Origin: an uncultured bacterium
GTDB lineage: Bacteria; Acidobacteriota; Thermoanaerobaculia; Multivoradales; JAHZIX01
Direction of reading: 5' to 3'
NCBI GenBank assembly: GCA_965368975.1
Contig: CBDUPA010000022.1
Coordinates: 32,001-96,000 of the forward strand
Length of the DNA: 64,000 nucleotides
Shown here: positions 12,504 to 24,350 of the stretch, in pieces
Position numbering within the stretch: the stretch's first letter is position 1
Layout: each line of letters opens with the position of its first letter
Translations under genes and position numbers: made by a program
Notes under the pieces: model-generated
Told to the model about the DNA's origin: nothing
Databases searched by the model: none
What the model saw: only the letters and a program-made list of their open reading frames with translations

Positions 12504-13390
12504 CAGATCTTCTCCAGCAGGTGCAGGAGAGTCCGCTCGAGACTCAGATGCCGCTCGATCACATCGACTCGATACCGCTCGCGGAAAGCTTGTGGCTCGG
12601 CACCCGTGCGCACGATCAGGCTGGCTCGGTTGTTCGCTCGCGTGATGTGCTCGACGTACGGCTCCGTGAAGACTTCAGGCAGCTCCGACTCTGTGCCCGC
12701 CGCCGGGGCCACGACCCACTCGCGATACTGCTCCTGCAGCTCGTGGACCGGGCTGTTGAGCGTGATGCGTCCGAAGGCCATGCAGACGACGTGGTCCACT
12801 ACCTTCTCGACGTCGCGCAGCACGTGAGACGAGATGACGATCGTCGTTTCCTGTTCGCGCACAGCTTCCAGCAGGTACTCCAGGATCCTTTCTCGCACAA
12901 TCGGATCCATCGCGCTGACCGGCTCGTCGAGCAGGATCAACTCCGGGCGATGGCACAGCGCCAGCAGCAACGCCAGCTTTTGCCGGTTGCCGCCCGAGAG
13001 CGAGTCCACGTTGGCCACCTGGCTGAGTTCGAAGCGCTCCAGCAGCTGAGCTTCCAGGTCGCGGTCCCAATGGTCGTAGAAGCCGGCGACGTAGCGCAAG
13101 TGCTGCTCGACGGTCAGGAAATCCAGCAGTCGGATCTCCTGGTCCAGCGCGCCGATTCGATTCAGTCGAGCCGCGTCGAGACCGGAAGCCGGTACACCGA
13201 GCGTTGTCACTTCACCGAATGTAGGGATTAGCATGCCGGTGATCGAGCGCAGGAGCGTCGTCTTGCCGGCACCGTTGGCCCCGATCAGACCGACGATCGA
13301 TCCTTTGGGCAGCGACAAGGTGACTTCGTGCAGCGCGGTCGTTTCTTGAAACTTCTTCGTCAGCATGACGGTCTCGACGGGAGTGCTCAT
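12503..13390 (-). CDS. ABC transporter ATP-binding protein (YtrB-like), copy 1
   Basis: GANGAGKTT, LSGGNRQK, ILLDEP. Confidence 0.92.
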   Translation of the reverse strand: MSTPVETVMLTKKFQETTALHEVTLSLPKGSIVGLIGANGAGKTTLLRSITGMLIPTFGEVTTLGVPASGLDAARLNRIGALDQEIRLLDFLTVEQHLRYVAGFYDHWDRDLEAQLLERFELSQVANVDSLSGGNRQKLALLLALCHRPELILLDEPVSAMDPIVRERILEYLLEAVREQETTIVISSHVLRDVEKVVDHVVCMAFGRITLNSPVHELQEQYREWVVAPAAGTESELPEVFTEPYVEHITRANNRASLIVRTGAEPQAFRERYRVDVIERHLSLERTLLHLLEKI

Positions 13391-13782
13391 CGCGACTCTC
13401 CTTTCGACCCGGCATCCGCCAACATCGCCCCGAACACGCCCAGGGCCTCATCGCCGCCCAGGTCGAGTTCTGCCACCAACTGCACCGCCGGCTCGAGGCT
13501 GCCGCGCAACCGCTCGATCTGCTGTCCACGCCGGTCGTCGTCCGAGCGCTTCGCCACCACGGAGGGCAGCCCCTTGCGCCGTTCGATGTAGCCCTCCTCT
13601 TCGAGCAGGCTGTACGCCTTGCTCAGCGTCATCGGGTTGACCTTCAACTCGGCGGACAGCGAGCGCGTGGAAGGAATCTCGCTGCCTTCCGGCAGCTTTC
13701 CTGTATCGATGTGGAACTTGATCTGGTCCATGACTTGCCTGTAGACGGGAATGCCCGAGTGGGCGTCGACCACGATCAACAT
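13387..13782 (-). CDS. GntR-family regulator, YtrA subfamily
   Basis: Short GntR wHTH (PVYRQV...IPSTRSLSAELKVNPMTLSKAY) heading an ABC operon. Confidence 0.92.
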   Translation of the reverse strand: MLIVVDAHSGIPVYRQVMDQIKFHIDTGKLPEGSEIPSTRSLSAELKVNPMTLSKAYSLLEEEGYIERRKGLPSVVAKRSDDDRRGQQIERLRGSLEPAVQLVAELDLGGDEALGVFGAMLADAGSKGESR

Positions 13783-13881
13783 TGCCGCCGCCTGTCTCGA
13801 ACTGGGTTGGATGGATGCCTCATGGGTCCTCTCGATGTCGGTGCCGCGTCCGGCACAGGGTGCGAGTTCGCGCTGCGTGAG

Positions 13882-13947
13882 GGTGCATCATTCATGTAAT
13901 GCACCATGAGTATCTGTAAGCCGGGTGTATTTGTCAAGTAATACACC
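13882..13947 (-). promoter_or_regulatory. Sigma70 promoter with two YtrA-type palindromic operators
   Basis: GGTGCA-N12-TGCACC (13882-13905) and GGTGTA-N12-TACACC (13924-13947). Minus-strand TTGACA (13937-13932), 17 nt, GATACT (13914-13909). Confidence 0.75.
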
Positions 13948-14008
13948 TGCCTCTTCTGAGAATGCCGCTGAGGATGCCGCCGAGGAATCGAGCTGCCGAA
14001 ACGCCGAA

Positions 14009-14037
14009 ACCCCCGATCCGGAGGCTGGATCGAGGGT
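14009..14037 (-). terminator. Putative terminator hairpin after the aminopeptidase-amidase-membrane protein unit
   Basis: Minus-strand stem ACCCUCGAUCC/GGAUCGGGGGU followed by only a short U run. Confidence 0.45.
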
Positions 14038-14112
14038 CATAGTGGGACGCTAAAGAGGACTAGGAGTGAGGTTATGTGCCGCAGATGGCCGGTCCGTTGG
14101 ACTCAAGGCTCG

Positions 14113-14349
14113 TCAGTCGGCGGTGTGGGTGGTCCCTTGCGGTAGTGGCTTCGCTGGCTTCGACTGAGCAGCCTCATGAGCATCCTGCTCTCTCTCCCTT
14201 CTCTTCTCTTGACGGACCAGATACGCGCCAACCGCCATCAATATCCAGTCCAAATTAAAAGGAAAGTCTATTCTCACGGCCTTCAGCACCATGACCACCA
14301 ACAGGAGGATCATGCCGAAGATGGCGAGGAACTTGGCTCGAGAGTTCAT
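14113..14349 (-). CDS. Small two-TM membrane protein
   Basis: MNSRAKFLAIFGMILLLVVMVLKAV...WILMAVGAYLV followed by a charged tail; ATGA overlap with the amidase stop. Confidence 0.55.
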   Translation of the reverse strand: MNSRAKFLAIFGMILLLVVMVLKAVRIDFPFNLDWILMAVGAYLVRQEKRREREQDAHEAAQSKPAKPLPQGTTHTAD

Positions 14350-15176
14350 GGCAGCTCCCTCCCCACAAACCCCGTCCACAACCCATCCTCCACCAGCCCC
14401 CACTCCCGCTGAAACCGCCTCAATGCCGCATCACTCGCTTCCCCCCAAACCCCTCGACGCACCTCGTCCTCCTCCCCCCGCAGCACCCCGACGCCCACCA
14501 GTGCTCGCTGCCGCCCCTTGACAGTCAGGTACGGTGTCCACACGTCCGGCACCTCCCGCCCATAGATCCCCGACAGCACCCGCGCGAAGGGAAACCCCAA
14601 CACATCCTGCTTGTAGGTCGGGCAGAGATCGCTGTGCCCGTGGTGATGCTCCGGCCGGATGTGGGGAAACGCCGCGACGATCTCTTTGCCGACTTCGATC
14701 ATCATTTCGATCTGCTCTTCCGGCCACGGCGGGACGCGCAGGATCCACTTGCCGTTCGGGGTCGCGACACGGATCCAATCCTCTTCGGACGGGTAGCCGC
14801 GACGCGCGTAGCCGATGTGCACGGTTTCGATGCCGATGCACGTGCGTGCACCCTTGTCAGCGGCTCCCGTGTACGCTCGTCCATCCCAGCGCAGGCGCTG
14901 CTGCTTGCCGGCGTGCCACGAGCGATCCTCGAGCCGTACGTATCGATCGATGCCTTCGTGCCACGTCCGGCCGACGCCGTAGTGGGCGCTCGCTTGGCCC
15001 TTGCGCTCCGGCTCGGGACCACCGATGAGTCGTCGACATTCGGCGAGATCTTCCGTCGCCGTCCAGTGCCAGGTGACGCCGTGGGGACGGCTGCCGGTGG
15101 CCGCGGGCCAACCGACATCGACGGCGTGGCCGGCGGCGGGGTCGGTGGGCAGGAGGGTGTCTTCGCGGATCTCCAT
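14346..15176 (-). CDS. N-acetylmuramoyl-L-alanine amidase (Amidase_2) with C-terminal peptidoglycan-binding domain
   Basis: HWTA, ASAHY, SWHAG, IGIETV, HGHSDL...KQD; PG-binding motif GVWG...ALRRFQ...GLVEDG. Confidence 0.8.
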   Translation of the reverse strand: MEIREDTLLPTDPAAGHAVDVGWPAATGSRPHGVTWHWTATEDLAECRRLIGGPEPERKGQASAHYGVGRTWHEGIDRYVRLEDRSWHAGKQQRLRWDGRAYTGAADKGARTCIGIETVHIGYARRGYPSEEDWIRVATPNGKWILRVPPWPEEQIEMMIEVGKEIVAAFPHIRPEHHHGHSDLCPTYKQDVLGFPFARVLSGIYGREVPDVWTPYLTVKGRQRALVGVGVLRGEEDEVRRGVWGEASDAALRRFQREWGLVEDGLWTGFVGRELP

Positions 15177-15200
15177 GAGGTGCAGCTTACCTTCCGTGCG

Positions 15201-18026
15201 TCAGTTCTCGCGTTCCTGGCGCCGCTCTGCCGTGCGGAGCCGCCGGCGCACGTCGCGGAGAGTCTGCTCCAGCTCCTCTTCGTGCTCGCGCAGTTTCTCG
15301 TCGTCGTCGTCGGGTCTCGGCTGGAGTCGACGCAGGGACAGGATGGCGGTGCGCTGCAGGCGGCGCTGGGGTTCGTCGGCGGCGAGTTGGCGCAGGGTCG
15401 GCAGGGCGTCGAGGTCGCCGAGCAGGCCGAGGGCGCGGATGGCGGCGGTGCGGACTTGTAGGTGGCCGGCTTGGGCGGCGTCGACGAGGAGGTCGAGGAT
15501 GCGCGGGTCTTCTTTCTGCCGGCCGAGCACGGCGAGCAGGGAGAAGGCGGCTTGTTGTTCGAAGGGTCGTTCGGGGGACCTGGTCCGTGTGCCCGCCCGC
15601 TGCAGAGCCAGCTCGACGACAGCGGTGCGCGTTTCAGACTCGAGGGCGCCGGAGCGCACCAGCGAGGTGAGCGCGTGCAGCGCGCCGACGCGGATCTCGT
15701 CGTGCCAGCTGTCGACCTCCAGGGCGGCGTTGAGGGTGGGTAGGGCGGCTTCGCCGAGCACCATGGCCAGGCTGAGCATGGCTTCCTTCTGCACCTCGAA
15801 GCTGGCGTCGGCCGTGGTGGCCGGGGCGATGAGGGCTTGCAGCAGGGCGGTGGCTTGGGAGTCGGCGGGGAAGCCGCTCAGAGCCGTGGCAGCGGCGGCG
15901 CGGACCTTGGGGTGCTCCTGTTCCAGGGCAGTGGTCAGGACGGGCAGGGTGGACGCTTCGGCGAGCTGCCCCAGCGTACGGGCGGCGGCGGCGCGGACGC
16001 CGGAAACGGGGTCGCTGTCGACGGCTGTGGTGAGGGCGGCCAGCACAGCGGGGTTGGGTTCGACCAGCACCAACGCTTCGGCGGCATCGAGACGGTCGAG
16101 GGTGCCGGTGGCGTGACGAAGCTGGTGCAGCAGCAGGTTGGTGTCTTTGTCGAAGGTGACGCTGGCCAGCAGGTGACGGCCGGGGTCGAACAGCAGCATC
16201 TCGGGAGGTGCGGGCACCTCCATCGAGACGGTGGTGACGGCATCGGCGAAGCGCAAGGGCCGGCGTACCACCCGGCCGCCGGTATGAGCCTCGAGGTGTG
16301 TCTCGATGGGGAAGGGCGCGTCGGCTGCTCCGGCTTGAAGCTGACGAACGGTCCAGATGATGGTACCGGCCGAGCTGGACTCACCGGCGTCCGGGTCGGC
16401 CTCGGAGGTCGAGGCTCGGAACTCGGCGCGCACTTCCAGCTCGGGATGACCGGCGCGGTAGATCCAGCGATCGAAGAGAGCGGCGTGCCGCTTGCCCGTC
16501 TCGGCTTCGAGGACGTCGAGGAAGTCTTGCGTATCGACCGACTCAGCGGCGTAGCGCACGACGTAGCGACGCAGAACCCGGCGGAACCGATCGGCGCCCA
16601 ACTGCTGCCGCAGTACGTGCAACACCAGCGCACCCTTGAAGTAGGTGTGCCGGTCGTACAGGTCTTCCGGATGGGGGTAGCGACGGCTGATCACCGGCCG
16701 TTGGTAGGCATTGGCGGCTTCGGCCAGGTAGCCTTCCAGCAGCTGGCGCCGATGCAGGTCGAAGGCGGCGGTGCCAAAGCGATCCTCGATGTAGAGCGCC
16801 GCCAGGTAGGTGGTAAAGCCTTCGTTCAGCCACACCTCGGACCATTCGCGGCAGCTGACCCAGTTGCCGAGCCACTGGTGAGCCAGCTCGTGTACCAGCA
16901 GGGTTTCGTGACTGATTCGGTGGTCGAGCAGTGAGCGCTCTGTGTGCAGGGCACGGTCGGTGAGGGTCGTGGCGGAGATGTTCTCCATGCCGCCCCAGGG
17001 AAAGTCGCTGACCAGGATCTGAGCGTACTTGGCGAAGGGGTAGGGGGCGTCGAGGTAGTCGCTCAGGAAGCTCAGCATCTCGGGCATGGCGCCGAAGTTG
17101 CGTCGCCAGCCCTCTTCAGCCGCGGTGGGGTTGCTGGCGTCGAACCAAGGGTGGCCAAGAGGTAGGTAGTAGCTGAAGGGAAGGCGCCGTCCTCGATGCT
17201 CGAGGATCTCCCGCTGGACTTGGAAGCGGCCGACCGCGACGGTGAGGAGATAGGTCGGATGTGGTTCTTCTTGGCGCCAGTGGAAGATGTACCGTTGGCC
17301 GATGGCGGCAGCGCTCCTTGCGAGGCTCGATATTGTCGCATCTGGCGGGCCGGGTTCCGCGGTGATTTCGGGTTCCAGTGGAAGCACCGTGCGCAACTCT
17401 CCAGCCGCCAGGGCCACCTCGCCATCGTCGACGGTGATCCACATTTCGCTGCTGGTGCGGTCGTTGGGATAGTCGTGGAGCGGGATCCAATGGCGCGTCT
17501 GCTCGGCCGCCCCCTGCGACCACACCTGTCGGGGTTCGTCGCGGAAGTAGATGCCGAGCCGCGGCCGGGCGCGGTAGCGGATGCGCACGTCCAGCCATGT
17601 ACCGCGGTCGACGGGGTCCGCCCAGTCGAGGCGCAGGCGCTGCCCGTCGTTGCGGATGCCAGGCGGTGCTGGTAGGCCCTCGATCGTGGTGGCGAGGATC
17701 TCGAGATCCACCGCATCGAGTTCCAGGGTCGTCAGCTCGTCGGATAAGGCCTCGACGCTGAGGGTGACGTCGCCGTGGACGGTGCGGGTCTCATGCTCGA
17801 AGCGCACCCGCAAGGCCACGTGATGTAGGTCCCAATCACGGTCCGGTGGATAGTGCACCGGCGTCGAGAGAGCACTGAAGGCGGATGTCGGCCCCTCTAC
17901 TTCGGCGAGGGTTGCCGCGGCTACAGGTGAGACGGGCCAGCTCGAACACAAGAGCACGGTGAACGAGACAACTACGGACAAGGTCCACAGCACAGTCAGC
18001 CGAACGCGCGCACGGCGTTGGGGCAT
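15201..18026 (-). CDS. M1 family zinc aminopeptidase with HEAT repeats
   Basis: GGMEN, HELAHQW...WLNEGF, YFKG; C-terminal HEAT repeats; N-terminal signal-like segment. Confidence 0.92.
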   Translation of the reverse strand: MPQRRARVRLTVLWTLSVVVSFTVLLCSSWPVSPVAAATLAEVEGPTSAFSALSTPVHYPPDRDWDLHHVALRVRFEHETRTVHGDVTLSVEALSDELTTLELDAVDLEILATTIEGLPAPPGIRNDGQRLRLDWADPVDRGTWLDVRIRYRARPRLGIYFRDEPRQVWSQGAAEQTRHWIPLHDYPNDRTSSEMWITVDDGEVALAAGELRTVLPLEPEITAEPGPPDATISSLARSAAAIGQRYIFHWRQEEPHPTYLLTVAVGRFQVQREILEHRGRRLPFSYYLPLGHPWFDASNPTAAEEGWRRNFGAMPEMLSFLSDYLDAPYPFAKYAQILVSDFPWGGMENISATTLTDRALHTERSLLDHRISHETLLVHELAHQWLGNWVSCREWSEVWLNEGFTTYLAALYIEDRFGTAAFDLHRRQLLEGYLAEAANAYQRPVISRRYPHPEDLYDRHTYFKGALVLHVLRQQLGADRFRRVLRRYVVRYAAESVDTQDFLDVLEAETGKRHAALFDRWIYRAGHPELEVRAEFRASTSEADPDAGESSSAGTIIWTVRQLQAGAADAPFPIETHLEAHTGGRVVRRPLRFADAVTTVSMEVPAPPEMLLFDPGRHLLASVTFDKDTNLLLHQLRHATGTLDRLDAAEALVLVEPNPAVLAALTTAVDSDPVSGVRAAAARTLGQLAEASTLPVLTTALEQEHPKVRAAAATALSGFPADSQATALLQALIAPATTADASFEVQKEAMLSLAMVLGEAALPTLNAALEVDSWHDEIRVGALHALTSLVRSGALESETRTAVVELALQRAGTRTRSPERPFEQQAAFSLLAVLGRQKEDPRILDLLVDAAQAGHLQVRTAAIRALGLLGDLDALPTLRQLAADEPQRRLQRTAILSLRRLQPRPDDDDEKLREHEEELEQTLRDVRRRLRTAERRQEREN

Positions 18027-18107
18027 GCATCCTCCCGGAGAGAGCGTCAGGTCACGATAGCCGATCTACAACGACATCGTATTGTAACGCGACCCTCCGG
18101 TCCCGGC

Positions 18108-18683
18108 TCACACCAACAACACGCCCTCCAACACCAACAACTGCTGCTTCACATCCAAGCCGCCGCCGAAACCGGTCAGACTACCGTCGGCACCGATCAC
18201 ACGGTGGCAGGGGACGATGATCGAGATCGGGTTGGCGCCGTTGGCACCCCCGACGGCGCGCGCCGCGGTGGGACGACCGAGCGTACCCGCGACGCCCGCG
18301 GCGATGTCCTGGTAGCTGACCGTGGTGCCGTAGGGAATGCGGCTGAGCTGATCCCAGACCGCCTTCTGGAACTCAGTGCCGCGCGCCGCCAGCGGTAGAT
18401 CGAAGTCGCGGCGTTGTTTGCGGAAGTACTCGTCCAGCTGCGCGACCACGTGGGCGCAGCGCTCGGCGTCCGGGACCAGGCTGACCCGGTACTGCGTCTC
18501 CGCGTCCTCGACCATGCCTTCGAGCGTGCGATCCTGGTTCAGGAAACGCAGCTGGACGACGGCGCCGTGCTCGTCGACGACCAGGAACAGGTCGCCCACG
18601 GGTGAAGGCATGACGTGCGAGTACAAGGTCTCGGGCTGGGCGCCCTGCTTGGGCGGTGCGTTCTTGACGGTTCGGGCGTTCAT
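18108..18683 (-). CDS. ogt: Methylated-DNA-[protein]-cysteine S-methyltransferase
   Basis: GTEFQKAVW, ARAVGGANGANP, PCHRV active site. Confidence 0.92.
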   Translation of the reverse strand: MNARTVKNAPPKQGAQPETLYSHVMPSPVGDLFLVVDEHGAVVQLRFLNQDRTLEGMVEDAETQYRVSLVPDAERCAHVVAQLDEYFRKQRRDFDLPLAARGTEFQKAVWDQLSRIPYGTTVSYQDIAAGVAGTLGRPTAARAVGGANGANPISIIVPCHRVIGADGSLTGFGGGLDVKQQLLVLEGVLLV

Positions 18684-20233
18684 GCAGGGTCTCCGAGGGT
18701 TCTCCAGAGGTGGTAGGTGGCGAGGCTTCGGTAGGGGCTGAAGGGTTCCATGAGGCGCAAGGTCTCGTCCTTGTCCGGCCGCTCCTCGAGGTCGAAGAAG
18801 CGGCGCAGGGCTTCGTGTAGGCCGCTGTCACCCACCGGCACGCAGTCGGCGAAAGCGCAGGCGCGCAGCATGACGTAGTGGGTCGACCAGGGGCCGAAGC
18901 CGCGCCGGGCGAGCAGCGTGCGTTCGGCTTCCAGCGGGGGGCGCTCGGCGAGGCCTTCCGGGTTCAGTTCGCCGGCCACAACGGCACGGGCCAGGTCGAT
19001 CAGGTATTCCGCCTTGCGCTGCGAGAACTGCAGCGGTCGCAAGTCGTCGACGTCCAGCTGGGCGACCTCGGCGGGTGTCGGATGAGCGCGTGGCGGAGTG
19101 TCACGGCCGGGCAGGGTGCCGGCGCCTTGGGCGTCCACGTGGACGACCGGCCCTGCCAGCTCGATCAGGCGTCGACGCAGCAGGCTGGCGAAGCCGACGT
19201 TGAGCTGCTGGCCGACGATCGACCACACCATGCCTTCGAAGACGTCCGGCGTCTGCGGGATGCGCAATCCCGTGTGCCGCTCGAACAGACGGCGCAGCTT
19301 CGGTTTGCGGCTCAGCTGCGCGGCGAAGGCTTCAGCGTCGAAGTCGAGGCCGAGCATGCGCCAGGCGCAGCGATGCGCCGAGGCCATCTCGTGGGTGCTG
19401 AGCGGTCGGGGGTCGCTACCGCTGAGCCAGCCCGGCGTCACCGTGACGCGTAGGCGCAGTCCGTGCGCGGCGTCGCCCTCGAAGTCGAGACCGAGCAAGG
19501 CCGGGCGAGCCCTGGCGGAGTCCGAACGAAGCCAGACAATCCGCCGCGCCGACCGTCCGTCCGCCCACTCCGTGGGACTCTCGGGATCGCGACCGATGAG
19601 CGTCAGCGGGTCGTACTCGACATAGCCGTCCGGAAGTTCAAGGACGAAGCTGTGCGACCCGGGTGGCTCGCCTTCGTCACGACGCAGGCGCCGGTAGTCC
19701 CCCGGCGACAGGCCCGTCAGGCGCCGGAAGTTGGCGTGGAAGGTCGAACTGCTCTCGAAGCCCACCGCCGCGGCGACATCGAGCAGAGACTCGTCAGAGT
19801 CGAGCAACCGTCTGCGTGCCGCGTCGATACGCACGCGTTGCAGGAAGGCTGCCGGCGTCGTGTGTCCGCAGCGGCGGAACTCGGCGCTCAGCTTGGTATT
19901 GCCCATGCCTGCCATCTTCGCCAGTGCTTGCACGTCGGCAAAGATCTCCGGCGCCGCGCGTGCCGTGTCCCACAGGTCGCGCAGACGTTCGAGGTCCGGG
20001 TCGAAGTCGCGGTAGAAGTAATGTGGCCGGCAGCGCTTGCACGGTCGCAGTCCCGCGTCCTTGGCTGTGTCCTCGGCGTCGAAGAACTGCACGTTCTCCG
20101 GCTTTGGATTGCGCGCCGGGCACGAGGGTAAGCAGTAGATGCCGGTGGACAGGACCCCCACGATGAAGCGCCCGTCGTAGCTGGCGTCGCGGGCGTAGGC
20201 CCGCTCCAACATGTGTTCCCGCGTCAAGTTCAT
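18680..20233 (-). CDS. alkA: Ada-like Zn/AraC domain fused to AlkA 3-methyladenine glycosylase
   Basis: STGIYCLPSCPA...RPCKRCRP, AraC HTH, HhH-GPD glycosylase (IVGQQ, GFGPWS, PYRS). Confidence 0.88.
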   Translation of the reverse strand: MNLTREHMLERAYARDASYDGRFIVGVLSTGIYCLPSCPARNPKPENVQFFDAEDTAKDAGLRPCKRCRPHYFYRDFDPDLERLRDLWDTARAAPEIFADVQALAKMAGMGNTKLSAEFRRCGHTTPAAFLQRVRIDAARRRLLDSDESLLDVAAAVGFESSSTFHANFRRLTGLSPGDYRRLRRDEGEPPGSHSFVLELPDGYVEYDPLTLIGRDPESPTEWADGRSARRIVWLRSDSARARPALLGLDFEGDAAHGLRLRVTVTPGWLSGSDPRPLSTHEMASAHRCAWRMLGLDFDAEAFAAQLSRKPKLRRLFERHTGLRIPQTPDVFEGMVWSIVGQQLNVGFASLLRRRLIELAGPVVHVDAQGAGTLPGRDTPPRAHPTPAEVAQLDVDDLRPLQFSQRKAEYLIDLARAVVAGELNPEGLAERPPLEAERTLLARRGFGPWSTHYVMLRACAFADCVPVGDSGLHEALRRFFDLEERPDKDETLRLMEPFSPYRSLATYHLWRTLGDPA

Positions 20234-20344
20234 GCACGGAGCGTAGCGGACGTCGGGATCTTTTGTCTTCCGGATTTCTTCGCTGGATGTGATTGCCGGG
20301 AGTGTTGTGACTCGAGAACTAGGCTACCCGCGTACCGCCTCTTC

Positions 20345-21024
20345 TCATCCGAAGACCCGCTCCCAAGTTGCCCGCAAGCCACCTTCCAGCGCCTCGGCTC
20401 CGTACTTCCACGCCACGTACAAAGCCAGCACGGCGATGCCGCCAGCCAGGGGAGCGATCAGCAGGCCGCCAAGCAGGACCAAGCCGTCTTCTTCCAGCAA
20501 GCCACAGGCGAGCACGAAGATGACGAAGCTGGGGGCGGTGTTGGTGAGCGGGATGGGCAGGCTCATGGAGCAGGCCATCAGGATCACCACGATGCCGATC
20601 AGGGCATGAAAGGTACGGTGCTGGGCCATGCGGGTCAAGCGGGGGCGGACGAGGACTTCGGTGAAGCGGAAGAGGCTGCCGGCAGCGCCGAGGGTCGTCT
20701 TGAGAGTCTTGCCGCCGAGTTTGCGGCGGCGCGACCACTCGGGTAGGGACGGGGTGCTGCGGTGCAGGACCATCTGCACGCCGAGGACGATCATCATCAG
20801 GCCGAAGGGTGTGGCGTAGCCCGGAGCCGGCAGGGGTAGGGCGGCGGGCAGGGCGAGGATGGCGAGCAGCAGACCGAAGCCGCGCTCGCCGATGCGGTCG
20901 ACGAGATCACCGAGGGTGACGTCTTGTCCGTCGAGGGAGTCGACCAGGTCGGCCAGCTCGACGGACAGGCGCCGGTGCGATGAGGAGGAGGTCGGCTCGG
21001 CCTCGCTTTCCGCGCTGGCTGGGG

Positions 21025-21028
<4 letters not shown>
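20345..21028 (-). CDS. ExoD-family exopolysaccharide synthesis membrane protein
   Basis: [22 protein letters not shown] motifs; probable TTG start overlapping the thiC stop. Confidence 0.8.
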
Positions 21029-22779
<1,751 letters not shown>

Positions 22780-22836
22780 CAGGGTCTTCTCCTCGAATTG
22801 GATCGCCGAGACGGCAGATGAAGCCAGAACGATGCG

Positions 22837-24342
22837 CTAGGCGTCGCCGGAGGCCTCGCCTCCGGGTGAATCTTCGGAACTATAGCTCAGGGGTAGCACC
22901 AGCACGAGCGTGGTACCTCGTGGTCCGCTGTCACCGACGAACAGACGGCCGCCGTGCGCTTCGGCGATGCGTCGCGCGATGGCCAAGCCAAGGCCGGTGC
23001 CTTGCGTCTTGGTGGTGTAGAACGGCTCGAAGAGGTGGTCGCGCTGCGCGCCGTTGAGGCCGGGGCCGTTGTCGCGCAGTCTTAGCTGGATGGCGGCGCG
23101 GCCTTCGAGCTCGCTGCGTTGGCAGTCGGCCTGCAGCTCGACGTCGTCTTCGCAGGCGTCGAGGGCGTTCTCCAGAATGTTGCGTAGCACCTGGGTGAGG
23201 CGGCCGCGGTCGACCGGGAAGGGAGCGTCGCAGGCGCTGCCGGTGATATCGAGACGGCAGCAGCGGTCTTGACGGCGCGCCGCGAGCTGGTCCCAGGCTT
23301 CGAGCAGCAACTCCGGAAGCAGCTGGTCGCTGCGTTCGAGCGTGATCGGAGCAGCGTAGTTGCGCACGTCGCCGTAGAGCTGCTCCAGGTGATTGCCGGC
23401 CTGACCGATGCGCTCGACCAGCTGCCGTGCCTCGGGGTCCTCGACCTTGGCTTTGAGCAGGTCGAGGTACCAGCGCATAGCCTGCAGATCGCTACGACTC
23501 TCGTGCGCCAGCACGGTGAGCATCTGGCCGATGGTCGCCAGCCGTTCGGCGCGCAGGGCGCGATCCTGGGCCCCCTTGAGGCTGGTGATGTCGTGGCCGA
23601 CCACGAGCAGCGCCGAACCGTTCTCCAGGTCTGGTAGGCGCAGGCTCTGCCAGAGCAGCCAGGCGCGTGATCCGTCGCGGCGCTGGATCGGCCCCTGGTA
23701 GCCATGGGCTGGTAGCTCTTCGAGTACGTAGCGCAGATCCTGGCGATCGGATTCGGCCAGGTCTTTGGGTAGCAGCAACTCGACCAGGTCTTGGTTCACC
23801 GCTTCTTCGACGCTGTAGCCGGTGACCTTGCGGGCGTGCGGATTGAGGTAGTGGATCTGGTAGCCAGGCTTGAGAATGGCGATCATGCACGGCGCCGCTT
23901 CGACCAGCGCCTGGAAGACGGCGTCGCTGCTCTGTTTGGCGAGAAGCAGGCGACGGTGCTCGGCGAGGCGGTCGAGGGTGGCGCGCAGGGCGTCGGGGTG
24001 GACCGGCTTGAGCAAGTAGTCGGCGGCGCCTTGACGCAGGGCGACGAGGGCGCCGTCGAGGTCGGTGTAGCCGGTGATGATGACGACATCCGCCTGCGGC
24101 GCGCGCCGGCGTAGCCAGGGCAGCAGGTCTTCGGCGCGACCATCGGGCAGACGGCGATCGAGCAAGATGGTGGCGATGGCCGACCAGTCCTGGCGCTGGT
24201 GCACTTCGTCGACGCTGCCGGCGGTCTCGACCTTGTAGTCGTCGAGCTCCAGGATGTCGCGGAAGTTGGCGCGGGCATCGGCGTCGTCTTCGATGACCAG
24301 GATTCGATCGGGTAGGGCAGCGGGGCGCAGGGTCGTGTCCAT
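22837..24342 (-). CDS. Hybrid receiver-PAS-histidine kinase
   Basis: Receiver (VIEDD, LDRRLP), PAS domain, H-box LAHESR, NILENA, DNGPG, GTGLGL. Confidence 0.88.
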   Translation of the reverse strand: MDTTLRPAALPDRILVIEDDADARANFRDILELDDYKVETAGSVDEVHQRQDWSAIATILLDRRLPDGRAEDLLPWLRRRAPQADVVIITGYTDLDGALVALRQGAADYLLKPVHPDALRATLDRLAEHRRLLLAKQSSDAVFQALVEAAPCMIAILKPGYQIHYLNPHARKVTGYSVEEAVNQDLVELLLPKDLAESDRQDLRYVLEELPAHGYQGPIQRRDGSRAWLLWQSLRLPDLENGSALLVVGHDITSLKGAQDRALRAERLATIGQMLTVLAHESRSDLQAMRWYLDLLKAKVEDPEARQLVERIGQAGNHLEQLYGDVRNYAAPITLERSDQLLPELLLEAWDQLAARRQDRCCRLDITGSACDAPFPVDRGRLTQVLRNILENALDACEDDVELQADCQRSELEGRAAIQLRLRDNGPGLNGAQRDHLFEPFYTTKTQGTGLGLAIARRIAEAHGGRLFVGDSGPRGTTLVLVLPLSYSSEDSPGGEASGDA

Positions 24343-24350
24343 GGCTTGCC

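Noticed and set aside
14113-15176. Prophage lysis cassette
   Set aside because: No integrase, structural or replication phage genes.
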